NCBI GenBank assembly: GCA_951406725.2
Contig: CATOCA020000001.1
Span: 9,548,001 to 9,612,000, forward strand
Length of the DNA: 64,000 nucleotides
Direction: 5' to 3'
DNA from: Octopus vulgaris
Taxonomy: Eukaryota
Shown here: positions 54,781 through 64,000 of the stretch, piece by piece
Position numbering within the stretch: the stretch's first letter is position 1
Layout of the letters: every line of letters begins with the position of its first letter
Program-made: the position numbers and the translations under genes
Notes under the pieces: generated by a model
Databases searched by the model: none
Seen by the model: only the letters and a program-made list of their open reading frames with translations
What the model was told of the DNA's origin: nothing

Positions 54781-54964
54781 CAATGAAATCATTCTTGTTA
54801 CATAAGTGTCCGACGCAACAACCAGTACAAGACGTGCCATTCGTCCGTTTATTGCATGTAAGGATATTGTTTCTCATAGCTTCAACACATTTTCTGTATG
54901 TGCTGCAGGACCTTTCAGTCGTCAGTTTATCACCGTTCATTGATATTGCGAATCGGCATACAGG
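54781..54964 (-). CDS. Cys-rich exon, C-terminal part of a Ly6/uPAR (three-finger)-like domain
   Basis: ttacag acceptor and gtaag donor, phase 0-1. PVCRF...RSCSTYRKC...TC...SCTGCCVGHLCNKNDFI, with the CCxxxxCN signature. Confidence 0.8.
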
Positions 54965-55226
54965 CTGTAATAATAGATATGAAAATTATACACTACAACA
55001 ACAATATTTATTAGTACGATTACTGCTAATTACAGCAACAACAACAGAAATGACACCACTGGGGATGTTTACCATGCAAGTAAGTTTAATCATTGCTTTA
55101 AAATACCCAAAAGCAATAAGTGAAACCGTAAAACAGTTTCCGAATTGTTGAAAATTAACAGCATAAGCAAACTTCTGTAAAATTTATTGCTATTTAGTAT
55201 TCAAAAATCATGTTTTAAATGCTTAC

Positions 55227-55315
55227 AGTGTCCAAACCTCTCGGATCACAAGTAGATATGGCCATCGGCACACGGTCTGTATCAAAACCGCATCGCACTG
55301 TCACACATCGCCCAA
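55227..55315 (-). CDS. Exon, N-terminal part of the Ly6/uPAR-like domain (GRCVTVRCGFDTDRVPMAISTCDPRGLDT)
   Basis: ttttaag acceptor and gtaag donor, phase 1-0. GC-richer island and the only open frame. Confidence 0.6.
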
Positions 55316-56407
55316 CTTAAAATAGGTCAAATTATCCCAATAAAGATGTATCAATTCTCTAAAATTTCTTCTTACTGGAGGAATGCTCAAGAGGAATTTT
55401 TCATATAAAATTTACGGAAAAATCATGCGTACAAAACTCACCAACAAGAGAAACTAATATGCCTATACCCAAAGATGAAAATGAAATATAATTGTCAGAT
55501 TGAACTCCTCAGTCCAAGCAAATAAAACAGAAAATACATAAAACGAACACAAGAGAAACTTCGTTTTATTTTGCAAGTATATTTTATATGAAAATACGGT
55601 ATATTAGTATAAAATTTGGAGAGAAAACAACCAAGGTCTTGTTAACTTAATAAGGGACATTCTGAAAGCGAATAATATCAGAAATGGAGAAGAATATTTA
55701 AAGAAAAGAATCCATCACGAAAACGCAATTAATAATCGCAAACACCTAACAATAATAAAAGCAATGAAAATGTAGACATTGAAGTTAGAAATAAGATTTG
55801 CATTGCCTTAGTTTGAAATTGAAACTCGTTTCTTCCAATGTTGGAAAAGTTTTAGAAAGAAAATTGGATCTCCCAAACTGAGTGAGGATGTCATGAAAAA
55901 ATAACCAATGATAGTGTCCGAAGGCTGGCGTCTGTGATTGCAAATGAATGAATCATTACATAAGCTAACTCAGCTTCAAGAAAACAGAAAGGTCTGAGAT
56001 CAGAACAGACAATGAAACAGGCAACAGATTGCAGCCATGCTCTTATGTCACGCTCTATTCTCCTATATTCTCGTAATGTGAAGCATTGATCTGTGACATT
56101 ACCGGTGTCTTTTATTGTTTCTCTTGTGTTTCTTTCACCAATGTACAACTGTGTATTCAGAGATATGTCTGACAATTTTAATTTGTGTTTTAGCTGCGTT
56201 TTAAAGTTATAGGTTTTACCTTTCTGTGAAACAATATGACCCCCACCTATTATGTTCTGGAGAGCTTATTGTACTACTTGATGTGAGGGAAGATTTAATC
56301 TGTTTCGAATATTTCATAACCTCGTATATCAAACAACCTCTTTTGCTATGGCTACCAGACGAAAGAAAACTGTCATTTGCTTCTTAACTTATTCAATCCT
56401 CTCCCTG

Positions 56408-56507
56408 NNNNNNNNNNNNNNNNNNNNNNNNNNNNNNNNNNNNNNNNNNNNNNNNNNNNNNNNNNNNNNNNNNNNNNNNNNNNNNNNNNNNNNNNNNNNN
56501 NNNNNNN
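56408..56507. other. Assembly gap (100 N)
   Basis: N run. Confidence 1.
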
Positions 56508-56640
56508 CTACTTAATTGACTCTGTACCCATTACAGCTGAGATTGCCTTATGCCAAATTCTGGAATGTTGTTGCTGTTGTTATTGTTCGTGATATTAGTA
56601 TTATTATTATTATTATTTGTTATGCTTTCTATATTTCCAG

Positions 56641-56682
56641 GTGCTGTTAGAAACATTAAGCACAGAGTCTTTAGATTACAAA
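56641..56682 (+). CDS. Internal exon of unidentified gene (VLLETLSTESLDYK)
   Basis: atatttccag acceptor and gtaagt donor, 42 bp. Confidence 0.6.
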
Positions 56683-56819
56683 GTAAGTTTTAGCCTTTTT
56701 GTTTTGGTAATTCTGTTGAAATATAACTTCCTTTTGTGTCATGTTATTCTTGTTGTTGACAGTGACTTCGAAGTAACTATTCTCAAACAATGTTTTTGTT
56801 CAACAACGATAAATTTGTA

Positions 56820-56851
<32 letters not shown>

Positions 56852-57699
56852 TTCACTCTTTTACTTGTTTCAGTCATTTGACTGCGACCATGCTGGAGCA
56901 CCGCCTTTACTCGATCAAATCGAACCCGGGACTTATTCTTTGTACGCCCAGTACTTATTCTATCAGTCCCCTCTATTTTTAGCCCCTTGTGGGTAGTAAA
57001 GAAATAGGTATTTCGTCTGCCGCTACGTTCTGAGTTCAAATTCCGCTGAGGTCGACTTTGCCTTTCATCCTTTCGGGGTCGATTAAATAAGTACCAGTTA
57101 CGCACTGGGGTCGATATAATCAACTTAATCCCTTTGTCTGTCCTTGTTTGTCCCCCCTATGTTTAGCCCCTTGTGGGTAGTAAAGAAATAGATGATGATA
57201 ATGACGATGACAATATCTATAGCTGTGGCCTGTGTCCCCTCACTGGCTCCTACTTCGGTGGCACATAAACTGCATCATCTGAACGTAGTTGATGCCAGTA
57301 CCCCTCGACGGGCTTCCGTGCTGCCGGCACTAGTAAAAAGCGCTTTCTGAATGTGATCGATGGCAGGGCCCACCTGGCTGCCTCCTGTGCCGGTAGCATG
57401 TAAAAGGCACCCACTACACTCTCGGAGTGGTTGGCATTAGGAAGGGCATCCGGCTGTAGAAACATTGCCAGATCAGATTGGAGCCTGGTGCAGCCATCTG
57501 GTTCAAAAAGCACCCATTACACTCTTGGAGTTGTTGGCATTAGGAAGGGCATCCAGCTGTAGAAACATTGCCAGTTCAGATTGGAGCCTGGTGCAGCCAC
57601 TGGCTTTCCAGACCTGTCAAACCGTCCAATCCATGCCAGCATGGAAAATGGACAGTAAACGATGATAAGTGTGTGTTTACATATGTATATATCACCATC

Positions 57700-58082
57700 G
57701 GAGGCGCAATGGCCCACTGGTTAGGGCAGCGGACTCGCAGTCGTAGGATCGCGGTTTCGATTCCCAGACCGGGCGTTGTGAGTGTTTATTGAGCGAAAAC
57801 ACCTAAAGCTCCACAAGGCTCCGGCAGGGGATGGTGGTGATACCTGCTGTACTCTTTCACCACAACTTTCTCTCACTCTTTCTTCCTGTTGCTGTTGTAC
57901 CTGTATTTCAAAGGGCCGGCCTTGTCACCCTCTGTGTCATGCTGAATATCCCCGAGAACTACGTTAACGGTACACGTGTCTGTGGAGTGCTCAGCCACGT
58001 ACACGTTAATTTCACGAGCAGGCTGTTCCGTTGATCGGATCAACCGGAACCCTCGTCGTCGTAACCGACGGAGAGCTTCCAT
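57700..58082 (+). mobile_element. Full tRNA-derived SINE family B copy
   Basis: Head GGAGGCGCAATGGCCCACTGGTTAGGGCAGCGGACTCGCAGTC...GTTTCGATTCC. Homologous to 21400-22562. Confidence 0.85.
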
Positions 58083-58323
58083 CCATATATCACCATCATC
58101 GTTTAACATCTGCTTCTCCATCCTGGCATGGGCTGGATGGTTTGACTGGAGCTAGCAAGTCAGAAGACTGCACCAGACCTTTGTGTCTGCTTTTGCATGG
58201 TTTTTATGGCGAGATGTCCTTCCATAGCACCGACTACCCCACAGAGTGTATATTGCTTGTGTATATATGTATGTATGTGTATAACAAAATATAATGCAAT
58301 ATTTCCTATTTCCATCCCACTAG

Positions 58324-58456
58324 AGACCTCCTTCACAAAATTTGAACTTCAGTCAACAGGATGACACTCAATCATCAAGGTCGGGAGACACTCCAGTTCC
58401 GACAAGTCAGTCAAACACCAACTCGTCCCAAAATGTAGACAACAATAGTGAAGTCG
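58324..58456 (+). CDS. Exon of unidentified gene, S/Q/N/T-rich (RPPSQNLNFSQQDDTQSSRSGDTPVPTSQSNTNSSQNVDNNSEV)
   Basis: ttccatcccactag acceptor and gtaagt donor, phase 0-1. Confidence 0.65.
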
Positions 58457-58722
58457 GTAAGTTCATTATCACTTTCCTTATCCTCTTCATCATTGTAATT
58501 ATGATTATTATCATTATTATTGTTATCGAATAAGGCGGCAAGCTGGCAGGATTGTAATCTCGCCAGGCATTCGTCTTTACATTCTGAGTTCAAATTCTGC
58601 CGAGGATGACTTTACATTTCAACCTTTTGGGGTCAATAAAATAAATACGTGTTGAATATTGGATCAATGTATTTGACCTACCCCTCCCCCGAAATAGCTG
58701 ACCATGTGCCAAAATTTGAAAC

Positions 58723-58756
<34 letters not shown>

Positions 58757-58777
58757 GTTATTATTATTATTATTATG

Positions 58778-59330
58778 TGAGAGAGCAGTCCATGCCATCA
58801 AAGTGACACTGGGGTACAATATACGAAGCCCAATATACCCATCATGACTACCCGTCTGATAAGAGCACACCAGGCACATGCATCACAACCATATGTGCGC
58901 GACATGGTGATCTCATATCAAGATAAAAAGCACATGACCTTGCAGGTGGGGCCCAGTTAGAAATTTGTTCTGGTCGAGTAGGCCATCCCGCTCAGAAGGT
59001 CCCTGAATAAGGGTTGTTTAAGGATGTTGAACGAAACAACAATGTTTCCAAAGGTGAATTATTCAAACCCCAAAGAATCCCTCTCAACACTTGGCTATGA
59101 TGCTCCCCCACTACTTCTGCTCATGATCAGAGATGCACATATCGTCAGTCACTAAGGGACATGCTCAACTGGTTAAGGTCAAACAACTGACAAGCAAATC
59201 TGTGGTATTGAGCAGAATATTTGCTGTAGCCCATCTTTTATACCAAGACAAAACAATGTACATGATAACACTTCCAATCAGTTAAGATCAGAAGCCATGA
59301 GAGCCACTGCCTGGTACTGCATCAGGGCAT
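58778..59330. mobile_element. ~550-bp unclassified element inserted in (ATT)n
   Basis: GC-richer block with sharp (ATT)n boundaries and no ORF. Confidence 0.5.
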
Positions 59331-59424
59331 TATTGAGCAGAATATTTGCTGTAGCCCATCTTTTATATTATTATTATTATTATGATTATTATTATTGTTG
59401 TTGTTGTTATTTTTGTTTCCTTAG

Positions 59425-59453
59425 ACTCCGCAAACCTTTCAAATAAACCTTGA
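59425..59453 (+). CDS. Probable terminal coding exon of unidentified gene ((D)SANLSNKP*)
   Basis: ttttgtttccttag acceptor, phase 1, compatible with the previous exon, ends in TGA. Confidence 0.5.
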
Positions 59454-59721
59454 CATTTCTGATAGAACAGATTTCTGTATTAATATATTTCTCATAATTA
59501 CACCAATTTCATTAAGGAAACTACCCAGCCAGTTGGTGATAGCAACATTTATTATTGTTATCATAATTATTATTATTATCATCATTATTATTATTAAGGT
59601 GGTGACCCAGCAGAATCATTAGCATGCTGGGCAAAATGCTAAGCAGCATTTCAACTGTCTTCACATTCTGAGTTCAGATCTTTCAGTGGGGCTGATGTCA
59701 TCAACTTACTCCTGGTATATA

Positions 59722-60388
59722 TGTGGTAAGTAGCTTGCTAACCAACCACATGGTTCCGGGTCAGTCCCACTGCGTGGCATCTTGGGCAGGTGTCTTCTGC
59801 TATAGCCCCGGGCCGACCAATGCCTTGTGAGTGGATTTGGTAGACGGAAACTGAAAGAAGCCTGTCGAATATATGTATATAGGCGCAGGATTGGCTGTGT
59901 GGTAAGTAGCTTGCTAACCAACCACATGGTTCCGGGTTCAGTCCCACTGCGTGGCATCTTGGGCAAGTGTCTTCTGCTATAGCCCCGGGCCGACCAATGC
60001 CTTGTGAGTGGATTTGGTAGACGGAAACTGAAAGAAGCGTGTTGTATATATGTATATGTATATATGTGTATGTGTGTGTGTTTGTGTGTGTGTGTTTGTC
60101 ACCCTAGCATTGCTTGACAACTGATGCTGTTGTGTTTACGTCCCTGTCACTTAGCGGTTCGGCAAAAGAGACTGATAGAATAAGTACTGGGCTTACAATC
60201 GAATAAGTCCCAGGGTAGAGCACCACCTTTAAATCAAGCAACTCGACCCCGGGACTTATTCTTTTGTAAGCCCAGTACTTATACTATCGGTCTCTTTTGC
60301 CGAACCACTAAGTATCGGGGACATAAACACGCCAGCATCGGTTGTCAAGCAATGCTAGGGGACAAACACAGACACATAAACACACAGA

Positions 60389-60440
<52 letters not shown>

Positions 60441-60602
60441 TACGACGGGCTTCTTTCAGTTTCCGTCTACAAAATCCACTCACAAGGCTTTGGTCGGCCC
60501 GAGGGTATAGTAGAAGACACTTGCCCAAGGTACCACGCAGTGGGACTGAACCCGGAACCATGTGGTTGGTAGACAAGCTACTTACCACACAGCCACTCCT
60601 GT
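59722..60602. mobile_element. Tail-to-tail inverted pair of SINE family A copies
   Basis: Plus copies at 59722-60218 abut a minus copy at 60219-60602. Confidence 0.85.
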
Positions 60603-60869
60603 GCCTTTTTGGTCTTTTTTTTTTTTTAATCTTTTTTTGGTTAATTTCCTGTATGTTTGCTGTCATTAAATATTATTATTACGGCGTGAATACGAACACT
60701 TAATTGTTCAGAGTTTTTTTTCTGAAGGTTACTTGGCATTTGCTTCATATTTTCTGGTTTTACTGGATTCCGAGGAAATGGAAATGTTAGCCTGACTTTA
60801 ACACCAACAGGAAATTTGTGTTAAAGAAAGATAGCGCAAGACAAAACATAAAATGTACTTTCAAAATGG

Positions 60870-61337
60870 TCCTATCTATCTATCCATCCATCTATCTACC
60901 TACCTATCTATCCATCCATCTATCTGTCTATAAATCTATCTATCTACCTAGCTATCTATCCATCCATCTATCTACCTATCTATCTATCCATCCATCTATC
61001 TACCTATCTATCTACCCATCCATCTATCTACCTATCTATCTACCCATCCATCTATCTACCTATCTATCTATCCATCCATCTATCTACCTACCTACCTATC
61101 CATCTATTTACCTACCTATCTATCTATCCATCCATCTACCTACCTACCTATCTATCCATCCATCTATCTACCTACCTATCTATCCATCCATCTATCTGTC
61201 TATAAATCTATCTATCTACCTAGCTATCTATCCATCCATCTATCTACCTACCTACCTATCTATCTATCCATCCATCTATCTACCTACCTATCTATCCATC
61301 CATCTACCTACCTACCTATCTATCTATCCATCTATCT
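60870..61337. repeat. (TATC/CATC/TACC)n microsatellite
   Basis: Direct reading. Confidence 0.95.
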
Positions 61338-61499
61338 CATATGCACATATACATATATAATAGCATACACACATGTACAGATATGCACATATACATACCC
61401 AATAACATGCACACACACACATATACACATATAGTTACATGTATACCTATATATATGTGTGTGTATACATGTGTGCATGTGTGTGTGTATATAGATATA

Positions 61500-61970
61500 T
61501 ATTTATACATATAACCAGAGATATGCATACGTATGTATATCTATATTTATACATGTATATGCATATGTATGTATACATACATACATATAAACATATACAT
61601 TTATATATATAACCAGAGATATGCATACGTATGTATATCTATATTTATACATGTATATGCGTATGTATGTATACATACATACATATAAACATATATATTT
61701 ATATATATAACCAGAGATATGCATACGTATGTATATCTATATTTATACATATATATGCGTATGTATGTATACATACATACATATAAACATATATATTTAT
61801 ATATATAACCAGAGATATGCATACATATGTATATCTATATTTATACATATATATGCGTATGTACGTATACATACATACATATAAACATATATATTTATAT
61901 ATATAACCAGAGATATGCATACATATGGATATCTATATTTATACATATATATGCGTATGTATACATACAT
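61500..61970. repeat. ~5 x 98-bp minisatellite
   Basis: ataaccagagatatgcatac recurs every 98 bp. Confidence 0.9.
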
Positions 61971-62132
61971 AAACTTCTTGTTGTTTAATTTCAAGCAACA
62001 ATCTTCCAATCAAAGGCATTACAGAATTTTAGTTCTTGCAGACAATCTCTTACATATCTTAACAACTTGTCTCCTCTATTTTTAAATAGATTGATGAGTG
62101 TTATGGGACTTCTTTCCATAAATTCCCGACGC

Positions 62133-62866
62133 AGGCGCAGGAGTGGCTGTGTGGTAAGTAGCTTGTTTACCAATCACATGGTTCCGGGTTCAGTCCCACT
62201 GCGTGGCACCTTGGGCAAGTGTCTTCTGCTATAGCCTTGGGCCGACCAATGCCTTGTGAGTGGATTTGGTAGACGGAAACTGAAATAAGCCCATCGTATA
62301 TATATATATAGGCGCAGGAGTGGCTGTGTGGTAAGTAGCTTGCTTACCAACCACATGGTTCCGGGTTCAATCCCACTGCGTGGCACCTTGGGCAAGTGTC
62401 TTCTGCTATAGCCTTGGGTCGACCAATGCCTTGTGAGTGGATTTGGTAGACGGAAACTGAAAGAAGCCCATCGTATATATATATATAGGCCCAGGAGTGG
62501 CTGTGTGGTAAGTAGCTTGCTTACCAACCACATGGTTCCGGGTTCAATCCCACTGCGTGGCACCTTGGGCAAGTGTCTTCTGCTATAGCCTTGGGCTGAC
62601 CAATGCCTTGTGAGTGGATATGGTAGACGGAAACTGAAAGAAGCCTGTCGTATATATGTATATATATATAAGTGTGTGTGTATATGTTTGTGTGTCTGTG
62701 TTTGTCCCCCTAGCATTGCTTGACAACCGATGCTGGTGTGTTTACGTCCCCATCGATTAGCGGTTCGGCAAAAGAAACCGATAGAATAAGTACGAGTTGC
62801 TCGACTAAAGGCGGTGCTCCAGCATGGCCACAGTCAAATGACTGAAACAAGTAAAAGAGTAAAGAG
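62133..62866 (+). mobile_element. Tandem SINE family A heads ending in a full copy
   Basis: Heads near 62133, 62310 and 62487, with the tail near 62810-62866. Confidence 0.9.
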
Positions 62867-64000
62867 CATCACATACAAGTATTACTTTCACATTTTCGCA
62901 AATTTATGCCTGTAAACTATGAGTAAAATATGAAGAGTGACAGAAATAAAAGGGGGAGAAAAGAATGAGAGAGCGGGAGGGGGGAGAGGGAGAGAGAGAG
63001 AGCCTGTCTCCTGCAAAGTCTTTTCAGTTCACTAGAAATAATAGCCAGACACATGAAGACCACCACCAGCACATCGCCCCACTTCCACACACACACACAC
63101 ACACACACCATATCAGGAAAAGTCTCAAACGCCATCACCAACCATCAACGCCACCATCAATCAATGTAACCACAACCCCCACCACCATCGCTCCTGCCTA
63201 CCCACACCCGCCCTCTGCAACTGCTTCAAACAGTTAGTGGATCACAGACTTTTGGGAGAGCGTTTGTTGCTCAGCACAGACAGATGTCATCTAATGAATA
63301 TTTATAGTGTGGAGAAAGAAGAAATAGAGGACTGCATAGGAGGAGGAGGAGGGGGGAGAAGAATAAGGAGGCGGAGGAGGATGAGTACGAGGAGGAGCGG
63401 GAGGAGGAGGAAGGAAGGGAAATTGGTGGAAGGCAGGATTGGTTTGGAGAGTTTGAAAAGCAGAGATTAACGCTGTCCTTGTGTCTTATCTGATCGTTGG
63501 AGTTTTGAGCAGATGATGGGAGAGAGAGAAGAGAATGGGTGAAAGGAAGGAAGGAAGAAAAGACGGGGGGGGGGGCTAAGAGTTGAAGGAGAGAAAAAGA
63601 ATGAAAAAAAAATTTTAAAAAATAAATGGTATCTGCCGATCCTCAGGTCTGGAAGAAAAGATTAGCGATGTCTTATCTTATTGGTGAGAGCTTGAGTAGA
63701 AAAGGCACATATCTGTTCCATCGGCACCATCCATCAGTCAGCATAGATAACGTATATTATTGTTTAAATTGGCCTGCAGGAAAGTTAAGACTTATACTCT
63801 TTACTCTTTTACTTGTTTCAGTCATTTGACTGCGGCCATGCTTGAGCACCACCTTTAATCGAGCAAGTGAAAGAGTAAAAGAGAGAGAGAGTATTATCTT
63901 GGCCTACAGTCTATTCAAGTGCTGACCTTTCTTGTGTATGACACTAAAATTGTTAAATTTGGTACACAAAATCTTCACTCCAAGTCCTCATTTTATTTTA

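Noticed and set aside
55330-56220. Possible degenerate GIY-YIG remnants (for example QLYIGE on the minus strand) or further exons of the Ly6-like gene
   Set aside because: Too decayed to call, and no convincing splice-site pair was found.
57700-57775. tRNA-like sequences here and at SINE A heads
   Set aside because: A and B boxes are present, but each continues into a SINE body and lacks a convincing cloverleaf.
62965-63237. His/Pro/Thr-rich ORF as an exon
   Set aside because: Low complexity with a (CA)n core, no recognisable homology and no phase link to the upstream exons.

Overview
Repeat-saturated animal genomic DNA. The SINE families, the AT content and the microsatellite load suggest an octopus or other coleoid cephalopod (inference). 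Three 100-N gaps split it into four contigs. Most entries in the ORF track are microsatellite artefacts. Real host coding sequence: the last five exons of a doublecortin-like kinase gene (DCLK, minus strand, 22729-34230), four phase-compatible exons of a Cys-rich Ly6/uPAR-like gene (minus, 52724-55315), and three terminal exons of an unidentified gene (plus, 56641-59453). Mobile elements: a CR1-group LINE with an intact EN-RT ORF (39897-43716) plus decayed copies, a second CR1-group family, RTE, Tx1/L1 and R4-like fragments, a tandem Helitron array, three tRNA-derived SINE families, and a Penelope-like element with a GIY-YIG domain and a 1.7-kb inverted repeat. The most notable signal is a dense set of type I hammerhead ribozyme motifs from at least five unrelated sequence families. 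Most sit in short ORF-less Penelope-type repeats with tandem-plus-inverted architecture. They include a G3-C8 swapped-core variant, U-U stem II variants, one with an 85-nt stem II, and one in sense orientation in the last DCLK intron. All folds were paired by eye and no activity was tested.
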